Assembly: GCA_902776545.1 (NCBI GenBank)
Contig: CACYQO010000031.1
Span: 7,161 to 71,160, forward strand
Direction of reading: 5' to 3'
Source: an uncultured Prevotellaceae bacterium
GTDB taxonomy: Bacteria > Bacteroidota > Bacteroidia > Bacteroidales > Bacteroidaceae
Length of the DNA stretch: 64,000 nt
Part shown: piece by piece, positions 51,416 through 61,079 of the stretch
Numbering within the stretch: the first letter of the stretch is position 1
How the letters are laid out: each line of letters begins with the position of its first letter
Translations under genes and position numbers: made by a program
Notes under the pieces: generated by a model
The model's database searches: none
The model's input: the letters and a program-made list of their open reading frames with translations, nothing else
What the model was told of the DNA's origin: nothing

Positions 51416-52555
51416 ATGGAAGAGTTATTCGTTCAAAACCCGTTTATTGTTGGCAAATACTTGTCAGACAAGTACTTCTGTGACAGGAGCGAAGAGACCG
51501 CTTTCTTAAAGAAACAGATTGAGAATGGCAGGAATGTTGCTTTGATTTCCCCCCGCCGCATCGGCAAGTCCGGGCTGATACAGCATCTGTTTAACCTGCC
51601 GGACATCAAGGAGCAATATTATGTATTCTTTATTGATATCTACGCCACTACTTCGCTGAACGAACTGGTGTATATCCTGGGAAAGGAGATTTACGAGCAA
51701 CTCAAGCCTAAGACTACGGCATGGAAGGAGAAGTTTTTCCAGACAATCGCTTCATTGCGCATCGGTGCCAAGCTTGACCCGATGAGCGGTCTCCCTACGC
51801 TTGACTTGGGACTCGGAGACATCCTGACTCCACAGACAACGCTCGACGAGATCTTCACATATCTGAATGAAGCCGATAAACCTTGTATCGTGGCCATCGA
51901 CGAGTTTCAGCAGATAGCCGAGTATGCAGAGAAGAATGTCGAGGCGCTGCTCCGAACAAAGATTCAGCAATGCCGCCAGACTCAGTTTATCTTCTCTGGC
52001 AGCAAACGGCACGTGATGAGCCTGATGTTTAATTCGCCAGCCAAGCCATTTTATCAGAGTGCCGTCAGTATGGGACTGGAGCCAATACCTGTTCCCTTCT
52101 ATAAAGATTTCGCCATCAGGCTCTTCGTGGATAGGAATAAACGGATTGACCCCGAAGTGATAGAGACCGTCTGGCAGCAGTATGAAGGCTACACTTGGTT
52201 TGTTCAGATGATGATGAATGAGCTTTATGCCCTCACGCCCGACGGTGAGACCTGTCGGCTGGGGCAGATAGGGATAGCCGAACGCAACATTATCCTGGCT
52301 CAGGAAACCAGTTACAGGGAACTGCTTTCTAACCTCCCTCCAAGACAAAAGACCGTGCTTCAGGCCATCGCTAAGGAAGGCAAAGCCCGCATGATCACCT
52401 CACAGCAGTTTATCAAGAAATATAATCTGGGAAGTGCCAGCAGCATCCAGTCTGCTGTCAAGCTATTACTGAAATCCGATCTGATTACCCAGACTGATGG
52501 TGTCTATCGTGTCTATGATTTCTTTTTCTCACGATGGCTCGCTATATTCTATTGA
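51416..52555 (+). CDS. AAA/archaeal-type ATPase with C-terminal winged helix
   Basis: NPF..YFCDR, SPRRIGKS Walker A, AIDEFQ Walker B, IFSGS. Confidence 0.88.
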   Translation: MEELFVQNPFIVGKYLSDKYFCDRSEETAFLKKQIENGRNVALISPRRIGKSGLIQHLFNLPDIKEQYYVFFIDIYATTSLNELVYILGKEIYEQLKPKTTAWKEKFFQTIASLRIGAKLDPMSGLPTLDLGLGDILTPQTTLDEIFTYLNEADKPCIVAIDEFQQIAEYAEKNVEALLRTKIQQCRQTQFIFSGSKRHVMSLMFNSPAKPFYQSAVSMGLEPIPVPFYKDFAIRLFVDRNKRIDPEVIETVWQQYEGYTWFVQMMMNELYALTPDGETCRLGQIGIAERNIILAQETSYRELLSNLPPRQKTVLQAIAKEGKARMITSQQFIKKYNLGSASSIQSAVKLLLKSDLITQTDGVYRVYDFFFSRWLAIFY

Positions 52556-52572
52556 ATCTCTTAAAACATGAA

Positions 52573-52896
52573 ATGATGGCAAGTAGTTCAGACTTTGTAC
52601 AGTATATCGCTGACCAGTGTGGTGGGGCGGGGGAGATAGTGGCCAAAAAGATGTTTGGTGACTATGGTATTTATTGCGACGGGAAGATCTTCGGACTGAT
52701 ATGCGATGACAGGTTTTATCTAAAGCCGGCGGATGAAGTCCGTCCGTTGCTGCGCACCATCGAGATGCGCCCACCGTATGAGGGGGCGAAGGACTATTTC
52801 TATATAGCGGATGTGGATGACCGCGACTATCTCTCACAGTTGGTGCGTGAGACGTGCAAGGCGCTGCCTGAGCCAAAGCCGAAGAAGAAACGTTGA
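52573..52896 (+). CDS. TfoX/Sxy N-terminal domain protein
   Basis: KKMFGDYGIYCDGKIFGLICDDRFYLK motif. Confidence 0.88.
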   Translation: MMASSSDFVQYIADQCGGAGEIVAKKMFGDYGIYCDGKIFGLICDDRFYLKPADEVRPLLRTIEMRPPYEGAKDYFYIADVDDRDYLSQLVRETCKALPEPKPKKKR

Positions 52897-52926
52897 CTAC
52901 AAAAGAGAGCGTGTCATAATAAAAGG

Positions 52927-53010
52927 CCTACAGATTATACGGATTATACAGATTAAGCAATTACTGATTGTCAGCAAGTTAAAATCCGTATAATCCGTAC
53001 AATCCGTAGG
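52927..53010. repeat. inverted 9-mer element (ACRGATTAT)3..(AATCCGTAY)3
   Basis: CCTACAGATTATACGGATTATACAGATT ... AATCCGTATAATCCGTACAATCCGTAGG between convergent genes. Confidence 0.88.
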
Positions 53011-53018
53011 AAAAAGAA

Positions 53019-54002
53019 TCATTCCCACTCGATCGTTCCAGTGGGTTTCGGCGTCAGATCGTAAAGCACACGGTTGACTCCAGGAACCTCGGTGATGATG
53101 CGCTGGGTGATGTGATGGAGCAGCGCGTAGGGGATCTCCTCGATCGTTGCGGTCATGGCATCGCGGGTGTTCACGGCGCGGATGATGACGGGCCAGTCCC
53201 AACTGCGCTTGTTGTCTTTCACACCCGTTGACTTGTAGTCGGGCACGATGGTGAAATACTGCCATACCTTGCCCTCGAGGCCGGCATTGGCAAACTCCTC
53301 ACGCAGGATGGCATCGCTCTCACGCAGGGCCTCCAGACGGTCGCGGGTGATGGCACCCGTGCAGCGCACACCCAGACCTGGGCCAGGGAAGGGCTGACGA
53401 TAGACCATGTTATCGGGCAGACCGAGCTCCTTACCGACGACGCGAACTTCGTCCTTAAACAGCAGCTTGATGGGCTCTACGAGCTCAAACTGCATATCCT
53501 CAGGCAGACCACCCACGTTGTGGTGGGACTTGACGGGACCAGACTCGACGATGTCGGGATAGATGGTGCCCTGAGCGAGGAAACTGATGCCCTCGAGCTT
53601 GCGGGCCTCTTCTTCAAACACACGGATGAACTCAGCGCCGATGATCTTGCGCTTCTGCTCGGGATCGGCCACGCCGGCCAGCTTGTCGAGGAAGCGGTCG
53701 GTGGCATCGACATAGATCAGGTTGGCGTTGAGTTCGTCGCGGAACACCTTGATGACCTGCTCGGGCTCTCCCTTGCGCAGCAGACCGTGATTCACATGAA
53801 CAGACACCAGCTGCTTGCCCACAGCCTTGATCAGCAGGGCTGCCACCACTGATGAATCCACACCACCGGAGAGGGCCAACAGCACCTTCTTGTCACCAAT
53901 CTGAGCGCGAAGCTCCTTGATCTGCTCGTCGATGTATTTCTGGGCCAGGGCGGGCGTCGTAATGCGCTCCATATCTGCCGGCCGAACGTTACTTGTACTC
54001 AT
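53019..54002 (-). CDS. guaA: GMP synthase, ATP-pyrophosphatase/dimerisation part only
   Basis: LSGGVDS PP-loop, QGTIYPD, KSHHNVGG, PFPGPGL, KP.GTIEWE; no GATase domain. Confidence 0.9.
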   Translation of the reverse strand: MSTSNVRPADMERITTPALAQKYIDEQIKELRAQIGDKKVLLALSGGVDSSVVAALLIKAVGKQLVSVHVNHGLLRKGEPEQVIKVFRDELNANLIYVDATDRFLDKLAGVADPEQKRKIIGAEFIRVFEEEARKLEGISFLAQGTIYPDIVESGPVKSHHNVGGLPEDMQFELVEPIKLLFKDEVRVVGKELGLPDNMVYRQPFPGPGLGVRCTGAITRDRLEALRESDAILREEFANAGLEGKVWQYFTIVPDYKSTGVKDNKRSWDWPVIIRAVNTRDAMTATIEEIPYALLHHITQRIITEVPGVNRVLYDLTPKPTGTIEWE

Positions 54003-54135
54003 AATCTCAAAAGTTTAAGTGAATAATTACTGTTAATTTGGGATGCAAAGATACAACTTTTTCTGCTAATAATGCAATTAATCAGAAATAATTCGTAAAT
54101 TTGCACCAGAAAGTAAGGTCATTAACTAAAAAAGC

Positions 54136-55479
54136 ATGAGAAGCTATTTCATGATGCTACTAATGTTGGCATCAACAACAAGTTGGGCTCAGACGGACTC
54201 TTCCAAAATCAATCAGTTGAGAGTGGGGTTGGATTTCATGACCCACGGTGAAATCTGTGGTGGCGGAATGCCGAGAACAGACCATAAGACTCTTGAGGTG
54301 GAAGACCAGTCGCGTTTCATCTTAGGGCGTACGCGTATCAACATGGACTATCAGCGGTCAGGACTGCAGGTACATGCTGTCATCCAGAACAAGGCCATAT
54401 GGGGCGCCAACGGCAATCAGTCACTCAATCTTTATGAGGGTTGGGCAAAGATAACTGCCAAGAACGGTCTTTTTGCACAGTTGGGCCGTGTGGCACTGTC
54501 TTATGATGACGAGCGTATTATTGGTCCTAACGACTTTGCTGTGGCCAACAAGACGCACGACGTGGCGCGAGTGGGCTATGAAGGTCATGGCCACAAGGCG
54601 CATGTCATACTGGCTTATAACCAGAATAACGAGAATGTGTATAACGGCACCTATTACGTTAACGGCGCGCAGCCCTACAAGACCATGCAGACCGTGTGGT
54701 ACCATTACGACGTGCCCAACTTCCCGTTGGGTGCCTCGCTGCTCTTTATGAACATGGGCTTGCAGGCAGGAACGAACGACACCAAGGAATGGGACTACAA
54801 AACCAATTCGGCCCGTACTGTATACCAGCAGATGTATGGCGGATACGTGAACTACCATCCCAAGCACCTGAAGCTTGAAGGTTCGTACTATCGGCAGGCG
54901 GGTAAGCTGGTAACCCCCAGTTTGACGGCAGCTAAAATCGATGCTTGGATGGCCAGTGTGAAAGCGGTAGTTTCTCCTACTGACAAATATGGTTTTACAG
55001 TGGGCTACGATTACCTGAGCGGTGACGATTTTGTGCCAGACCTTTACGGTGGCAGGTTTGGCATGATAAACCATGAGGTATATCGTGGTTTCGCTCCACT
55101 TTATGGTTCAAATAAAAAGTTCTATGGCATCATGGACTATTTCTATGAGAGTGCCTATGTCCACAGCTTCACACCTGGTTTGCAGAATGTTTTCATCGGC
55201 CCCTACTACAAACCCAATGCCAAGTTTGCTTGCCAAGCCATGTACCACTATATGGCTGTGGCTACTAAGGTGAGCAACCTCGACAGGACGTTGGGCCATT
55301 GCATCGATCTTCAGGTCAGTTATCAGTTCTCAAAGGACATCGTCCTCGCGGCTGGCTATACCCAGATGATGGGCACGGAAACGATGAAGCGTCTGAAACA
55401 AGATGACAGCAGCCAACAAGCACGCTGGGGCTGGTTTTCATTAGTTATTACGCCCAACCTGTTCACCACAAAATGGTAA
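54136..55479 (+). CDS. outer membrane beta-barrel (alginate export-like) protein
   Basis: Signal peptide; LGRVALSYDDERIIG, GYDYLSG, KFYGIMDYF. Confidence 0.7.
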   Translation: MRSYFMMLLMLASTTSWAQTDSSKINQLRVGLDFMTHGEICGGGMPRTDHKTLEVEDQSRFILGRTRINMDYQRSGLQVHAVIQNKAIWGANGNQSLNLYEGWAKITAKNGLFAQLGRVALSYDDERIIGPNDFAVANKTHDVARVGYEGHGHKAHVILAYNQNNENVYNGTYYVNGAQPYKTMQTVWYHYDVPNFPLGASLLFMNMGLQAGTNDTKEWDYKTNSARTVYQQMYGGYVNYHPKHLKLEGSYYRQAGKLVTPSLTAAKIDAWMASVKAVVSPTDKYGFTVGYDYLSGDDFVPDLYGGRFGMINHEVYRGFAPLYGSNKKFYGIMDYFYESAYVHSFTPGLQNVFIGPYYKPNAKFACQAMYHYMAVATKVSNLDRTLGHCIDLQVSYQFSKDIVLAAGYTQMMGTETMKRLKQDDSSQQARWGWFSLVITPNLFTTKW

Positions 55480-55484
55480 GAATG

Positions 55485-55537
55485 ACAAGCATAAGAAAAG
55501 TGGAGGCCACAACGACCTCCACTTTTCTTATGCTTGT
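55485..55537. terminator. long hairpin between convergent genes (bidirectional terminator)
   Basis: 22-bp perfect stem ACAAGCATAAGAAAAGTGGAGG / CCTCCACTTTTCTTATGCTTGT. Confidence 0.85.
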
Positions 55538-57720
55538 TATTCTGCCTCTAACAACAGCACTCGGCTGCTCCAGTCGTTCTTCTTAGACCATTCAGGCTCG
55601 TTACGGTAAGGCATTTCGAGGCCGTGGTTCATGAGATAGGCACCGCTGAAGGTCTTGCCCTCGACGTCGAGCGGCTTGAGATCGATGCGGTTGAGCTCGT
55701 GTACCTTATATTTTTTGTTGGCATCGAGGCCGGCCATTTTTACACGAGGCAGATGCTCATTCTGGAACGATTCGGTCTTCCACCAGAAGAAGACGGATTT
55801 CGACTTCGATTCGTCGACGTACATCAGCGAGGCTAAGCCAAGCTTATCATAGGGTGATACGAGACGGTAGAGGTCGCCGAACTGCACGATGGGACGAATG
55901 CCCTTGTACTCGGCAATGGCGTTGCGGCAGAGGGCCTTTTCGTCGTCAGTCATGTTCTTGGGCTGGATCTCCATGCCGAGGCGTCCGCTCATGGCCACGT
56001 CGATGCGGTATTTCATGGCGGTGGTGCGGAAGACGGTGTGGTTGGGCGTGGCGGAGATGTGAGAGGCCATGGCGATGGCAGGGAAGAAGTAGCTGGTGCC
56101 CCACTGCATATAGATGCGCTGGAGGGCATCGGTGTTATCGCTCACCCAGAACTCGTCGAACCAAGGCAGCACACCCCAGTTGGCGCGTCCGCCACCAGAG
56201 GCACAGGCCTGGATGGTGAGATCGGGATATTTGGCACGGATGCGCTCACAGGTCTTCTCAAAGCCGCGATGGTACTCGATGTTGAGGTGGCTCTGGTCGT
56301 TCATCGTCAGGTACTGCGAACCGTGGTTGAGGATGGGCATGTTGGCATCCCACTTGATATAGTCGATCTCTGGATAGTTCGTCATGAGGTTGTCGACGAT
56401 GGAGAACACGAAGTCCTGCACCTTGGGATTGGACATGTCGAGCACGAGCTGGGTGCCGCCACGGCCGAGAACAGGGGCACGCTTAGGGGCCTTGACAATC
56501 CAGTCGGGGTGGGCGTCGTAGAGTTCGCTGACGCTGTTGGTCATCTCAGGCTCGATCCAGATGCCGAACTTGATGCCGTGCTTCTTGGCATCGCGCAGCA
56601 GACCCTCGATGCCCTCAGGCAGCTTGTTCTTGTCCACCACCCAGTCGCCTAAGGCGCAGTTGTCGGTCTTACGGGGATATTTGTCGCCGAACCAGCCGTC
56701 ATCCATCACGAAGAGTTCGCCACCCATCGAGGCAATGTCGCCCATCATCTGGTCCATGCCCTGCTGGTTGATGTCGAAATAGACACCCTCCCAGGAGTTG
56801 AGCAGGATCTTGCGCTCCTTGTTGCCGTGGGCGAGCATGTATTTGCGGCCCCATTTGTGGAAGTTGCGTGAGACGCCGGAGAGTCCGCACTGCGAGAAGC
56901 TGAGGGCGACCTTAGGCGTGGTGAAGGTCTCGCCTTTCTTCAGGTGATATTCAGAGTTGTCAGGGTTGATGCCGGCGAAGAAATAGTGGTATTCAGTGTC
57001 GTCGGTGTCGATTTTCAGCTGGAAGTTGCCAGAGTAGCAGAGGGCAGCGCCGATGACGTCGCCAGCGTTCTCACGGCCTTTGCCGTCGAGGGAGAACATC
57101 ACCTCGGCATGGTCAGTGTGCGAGTTGCGGGTGCCGTCTTTGTTCTTGATCACCTTCTCGCCAGGCAGGATAGGCTCTTCCACGAGACGGGCCTCGTTGG
57201 CCCAGGAGCCGTAGAAATGGGAGAGCCATACATTGCCGCGACGGATGGGCAGACAGATGGAAGCAAACTGCGTCAGCGTAACGGGCTTTGCTTCGCCGTT
57301 GGTGATCTCCGTCCAGGTCTCGATCATGTCTTCGTCTTCGTAGGCCTTGTAGCAGAGGGCGACGGAGGTCGGATATACCGGATCTTTCAGCGTAATCCGA
57401 GTAATGCCGTCCTTCTTCTCCAGTCCAGTGACGAAGAGTTCTGTGGACATGTTGCCATCGGCGTGCGTCACGGCGATGGCGGCCTCAGCAGGACAGTCCA
57501 TGCCGTAGGCGGGATAGGCATTCATCCTGCCGTTGCGGGGGGCCTGCAGATTCTTGAGGTCGAAATCGCTCAGCTTCTGGCCGAAATACACATACTGTGG
57601 CTGTTTGCCGTTTTCTACTTCGAGTACCATCGTCGCATGTTTCGTCTCGATGGTGACCTGTTCTGCCTGAGCAGCCAGGGAAAATGAAAAAATTAAAAAA
57701 CTAAATAATGAAAGCTTCAT
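55537..57720 (-). CDS. alpha-galactosidase (GH36)
   Basis: LNSWEG, FVMDDGWFG, FGIWIEPEM, YIKWDAN, CASGGGR, WVSDNTD motifs. Confidence 0.95.
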   Translation of the reverse strand: MKLSLFSFLIFSFSLAAQAEQVTIETKHATMVLEVENGKQPQYVYFGQKLSDFDLKNLQAPRNGRMNAYPAYGMDCPAEAAIAVTHADGNMSTELFVTGLEKKDGITRITLKDPVYPTSVALCYKAYEDEDMIETWTEITNGEAKPVTLTQFASICLPIRRGNVWLSHFYGSWANEARLVEEPILPGEKVIKNKDGTRNSHTDHAEVMFSLDGKGRENAGDVIGAALCYSGNFQLKIDTDDTEYHYFFAGINPDNSEYHLKKGETFTTPKVALSFSQCGLSGVSRNFHKWGRKYMLAHGNKERKILLNSWEGVYFDINQQGMDQMMGDIASMGGELFVMDDGWFGDKYPRKTDNCALGDWVVDKNKLPEGIEGLLRDAKKHGIKFGIWIEPEMTNSVSELYDAHPDWIVKAPKRAPVLGRGGTQLVLDMSNPKVQDFVFSIVDNLMTNYPEIDYIKWDANMPILNHGSQYLTMNDQSHLNIEYHRGFEKTCERIRAKYPDLTIQACASGGGRANWGVLPWFDEFWVSDNTDALQRIYMQWGTSYFFPAIAMASHISATPNHTVFRTTAMKYRIDVAMSGRLGMEIQPKNMTDDEKALCRNAIAEYKGIRPIVQFGDLYRLVSPYDKLGLASLMYVDESKSKSVFFWWKTESFQNEHLPRVKMAGLDANKKYKVHELNRIDLKPLDVEGKTFSGAYLMNHGLEMPYRNEPEWSKKNDWSSRVLLLEAE

Positions 57721-57746
57721 CTCGTTATATTTTAGAGTTTGTGCTG

Positions 57747-57793
57747 CAAAGATACAAAAAAATTAGTAATTAGTAATTAGAAATTAGAAATTA
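57747..57793 (-). promoter_or_regulatory. GH36 promoter: -7 box TATCTTTG with upstream (CTAATTW)n heptamer tract
   Basis: CAAAGATA at 57747; AATTAGT/AATTAGA units at 57761-57793. Confidence 0.65.
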
Positions 57794-57837
57794 TGATAAC
57801 TTTTATCGTCAAAGTGTGTGGAAAAGGCAAACGAGTA

Positions 57838-58851
57838 TTATCGTTTACGTGCGATGACGTAAATAATGACGGGTGCGCCGATCAAAGGCGTGACGGCGTT
57901 GAGGGGGATGACACCACTCTCGCCAGGGAGGAAACAGATGAGGTTGCAGATGAGAGCCACGACAGCTCCGCAGAGGATGGTGGCAGGGAGAAGCACACGA
58001 TGGTTGTCTGTGGTGAGCAGCAGTCTGGCAATATGGGGCACGGCGAGGCCGATGAATGCCACAGGGCCGCAGAAGGCGGTGGTGACAGCCGTGAGCAAAC
58101 CTGTGACGATGAGCAGCCAGTTGCGCACTCTCAGGATGTTGACGCCGAGGTTCTCGGCATAGCGGTCGCCTAAAAGCAGGGCGTTGAGGGGTTTGATGAG
58201 CAGCAAGGCGCCAAAGAGTCCAATCAGGGTGACGCTGGCAAAGATGGGCATATTCGCCATCGACACGCCGCCGAAGGAGCCCATGCCCCAGACCATATAA
58301 GACTTCACGCCCTCGTCAGTGGCGAAGAAGTTGAGCAGTGAGATGGCGGAGTTGGAGATATAGCCGATCATGATGCCGACGATAAGCAGCATGACATTGT
58401 TTCGCACCAGCGTGGAGAAAAAGAAGATGAGTGCCATGACGGCCATTGCTCCAATGAAGGCGGCAATCAGGATGGCGGCAAAGCCACCGATCTGGAGGGA
58501 TCCTACGGAGAGGCCACCGCCTAACAAGAGCATCACCAAGGCCACACCTAAGCCGGCACCACTGTTGATGCCGAAGATGGAAGGGCCTGCGAGGGGATTG
58601 CGGAAGGCAGTCTGAAGCATCAGTCCACTGACGGCAAGGGCACCGCCACAGAGCATCGCCGTGATGGCTTGCGGCAGACGGGATTCGAGCACGATGAACT
58701 GCCACGAGGGTTTCAGCGTCTTATCGCCTGCGAGGATGCTGAACACGTCGGCAGCAGGAATGCTGACGGAACCCATCACCAGATTCAGGGCAAACAGCAC
58801 CACGATGAGCAACCCCAAACAGCCGCAATAAACAAAACCCCTCTGCTTCAC
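57838..58851 (-). CDS. FecCD/BtuC family ABC permease
   Basis: SRLP, FRNPLAGP, GPVAFIGLAVPH, IGAP motifs. Confidence 0.92.
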   Translation of the reverse strand: MKQRGFVYCGCLGLLIVVLFALNLVMGSVSIPAADVFSILAGDKTLKPSWQFIVLESRLPQAITAMLCGGALAVSGLMLQTAFRNPLAGPSIFGINSGAGLGVALVMLLLGGGLSVGSLQIGGFAAILIAAFIGAMAVMALIFFFSTLVRNNVMLLIVGIMIGYISNSAISLLNFFATDEGVKSYMVWGMGSFGGVSMANMPIFASVTLIGLFGALLLIKPLNALLLGDRYAENLGVNILRVRNWLLIVTGLLTAVTTAFCGPVAFIGLAVPHIARLLLTTDNHRVLLPATILCGAVVALICNLICFLPGESGVIPLNAVTPLIGAPVIIYVIARKR

Positions 58852-58862
58852 GTTTTAATTTT

Positions 58863-60167
58863 TTAATCTTTTAATTTTTTAATTTTCTTGTAGTATCTCA
58901 GTGGCGGAAGATCAGGGATGTCAGGATGGAGGATGTGGATGTAATCACCCAACAGCCAGTCTGGACGGAAGGGCGACTCCTCGTAGAAGAGGGAACGCTC
59001 CACGTCGCAGCCATAGATCTCTCCGCTGCGGAAGGCCTTGAACTGATCATAGCCGTGATGCTCGCTGAGGAGTTCGTCAGGGGTGATGTCGTGGTCGCTA
59101 CTATAACGGAAGAGCCAGACATCGGCCTCGCCAGCCTTCTCCAAGACGGCCTCGAAAGGCAAAGACACGCTGCCGCTGTGGTCATCGTCGGCCCAGGGAT
59201 AGTTGCCGCCAGCATCCTGGATCATCTGGCCAATGGTGCTGCGGCCTCCAGGCACATACCAGACGCTGCCAGTGACTTTGTCGAGCAAGACAGAGGGTGT
59301 CTTCGTGGGTACGGTGGTGCGGTGGTGCGGTGGTGCGAGATTACCATCAGCCTCCGAAGTATTCTCGTGCCCCCGTGCCCCCGTGCCCTCGTACCACCGA
59401 GCCCGCAGGGCACAATAGCTGCTATCGACGACGGTGAAGAGACTGTCGGCACGAGCCTCGCAGCCGAAGAGCATGCCATAGAAACGCAGCCACTCGGCAC
59501 GGGCCAAGGGCGAAGGCTCCATATACTCAGCACACTCGATGATGGGAATGCCGATCTCTTCTAAACGGCCATAGCCCCCGCTGTTCTCAAAGGGCGAGAG
59601 GAACAGGGCGTCAGGACGCTGGTCGATGATCTTCTCCACCACAGGACTCATACCCTCACCCACATCGGTGATGCGACCTGCCTTCACCTGCTCATGAATC
59701 CAGGGAATCTTGATGTACTTTAGATCTGCCACACCAGCGATACTCTGTTCACAACCTAACGACATCAGCATGGCGCAATGGACGGTGGTGAACATCACGG
59801 AACGACGCAAAGGGGTGCGGACGATAGTGGATGTCGAGGAAGGAGGAAGGAGAAAGGAGGAAGGAGATATGTCCTGAGGGTCGATGGTGTCAGGTACGAG
59901 GAGATAGCTGTGGAGGATTTTGCCTTCCTTCCAAGGGTTCTTCACCACCACCTCGGTATAGTCCTTGTAGCGGACGATGCTGAGCTGGGTGGCGTATTTA
60001 AAGACGACTGTGTCGCCAGCTTCCTGTGAGGCCGTCGTCTGGCGACTTCCACAGGACGATGTGAAGAGTGATAAGTGAAAAGTGAAAAGTATGGGCAGAA
60101 CTTTCACAATGGTTATCATATATTTTCTTGTATTCATGATTCTCCGTCTTAACTTCTCACTTTTCAC
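58863..60167 (-). CDS. ABC transporter substrate-binding lipoprotein (BtuF-like; start uncertain)
   Basis: Lipobox SSC; EYME..PLARAEW, WYVPGGRS, RPDWLLGD. Confidence 0.88.
   Translation of the reverse strand: MKSEKLRRRIMNTRKYMITIVKVLPILFTFHLSLFTSSCGSRQTTASQEAGDTVVFKYATQLSIVRYKDYTEVVVKNPWKEGKILHSYLLVPDTIDPQDISPSSFLLPPSSTSTIVRTPLRRSVMFTTVHCAMLMSLGCEQSIAGVADLKYIKIPWIHEQVKAGRITDVGEGMSPVVEKIIDQRPDALFLSPFENSGGYGRLEEIGIPIIECAEYMEPSPLARAEWLRFYGMLFGCEARADSLFTVVDSSYCALRARWYEGTGARGHENTSEADGNLAPPHHRTTVPTKTPSVLLDKVTGSVWYVPGGRSTIGQMIQDAGGNYPWADDDHSGSVSLPFEAVLEKAGEADVWLFRYSSDHDITPDELLSEHHGYDQFKAFRSGEIYGCDVERSLFYEESPFRPDWLLGDYIHILHPDIPDLPPLRYYKKIKKLKD
59303..59400. repeat. inverted 8-mer element in frame in BtuF-like gene
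   Basis: (CGGTGGTG)n CGAGATTACC ... AGTATTCTCG (TGCCCCCG)n. Confidence 0.9.
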
Positions 60168-60223
60168 TTTTCACTTTTCACTTTTCACTTCTCACTTCTC
60201 ACTTTTCACTTCTCATTTTTCAC
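60061..60223. repeat. inverted heptamer element (GTGAAAA/TTTTCAC) without cargo gene
   Basis: About 4 units at 60061-60091 followed by ATGGGCAGAA; 10 units at 60154-60223. Confidence 0.92.
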
Positions 60224-61041
60224 TACTCGCTTACTTTCATGTATTCAATCTCAATATCGTCGATGCAGATATAGGTCGGCGTGGTCAGACCGTAGTCGTT
60301 CATCTTAGAGCCTTCGAAAGCGAAAGAGAGAGCCTTGATGTTCTGGAAGGCTGCAACGTCACTCAGGTCGCAGTACTTCCACTCTTTCACGTAGTCACCG
60401 TCCTTGGCGAGGGGAATCTCCAGACGAGCACCGCTATCGATACCCTCTTGGGCAGGAGTTGGATAAACCACACAGGTCAGGAAGTCTTCGGCCTCGAACT
60501 TTCCGGGACTCATGCCGTCGCCGTTGAGGATGGCATCCACCGTCCAAGCGTCGTTGGTATACCAGAAGCCTCTCACAGTCACTGGCTCGTCGAAGGTGAT
60601 CTCCTCACCGAAGGTGTAAAGCACCATGAAGTTGTTGCCACCGTGGGCTGTACCAGTAACGTTGTTGAACTGGTCTGTAAACATGGTCTCTGCAGCAAAG
60701 GTGGTCTCTTTGCGGTTGGAAACGCCAAAGCCACTCCAACTGGACCAGGCGGGAGTCCATTTGACGGGGAAGTTCACGATGTTCTCCTTATAGAGGCAGG
60801 CATAGGCCTCTGAGCCGTAGTTTTCGACCTTCTCACCACTCTCGTCGCCACACCAGATGCCGTCGGCATTGAGGGTTGCGCCTTCGAAGCCGATGGTGGC
60901 ATTGACAATCTCAATCACAGGTTCGGGTTCTTTGGGGGTGCCAGTATCGACTGGAGAGTCTTCATTACCCGTACAAGAACTCATTGCCAGGACTGCGCCA
61001 CAAGCGATGGCTGCAAGTCCGAAAAATCTGTTTGTTTTCAT
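60223..61041 (-). CDS. DUF4465-like lipoprotein
   Basis: Lipobox SSC; WSGFGVSN, YGLTTPTYICIDD. Confidence 0.8.
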   Translation of the reverse strand: MKTNRFFGLAAIACGAVLAMSSCTGNEDSPVDTGTPKEPEPVIEIVNATIGFEGATLNADGIWCGDESGEKVENYGSEAYACLYKENIVNFPVKWTPAWSSWSGFGVSNRKETTFAAETMFTDQFNNVTGTAHGGNNFMVLYTFGEEITFDEPVTVRGFWYTNDAWTVDAILNGDGMSPGKFEAEDFLTCVVYPTPAQEGIDSGARLEIPLAKDGDYVKEWKYCDLSDVAAFQNIKALSFAFEGSKMNDYGLTTPTYICIDDIEIEYMKVSE

Positions 61042-61079
61042 AACTGCTTTTGTTTTTAATAAGTTAATAATGTGAATTG

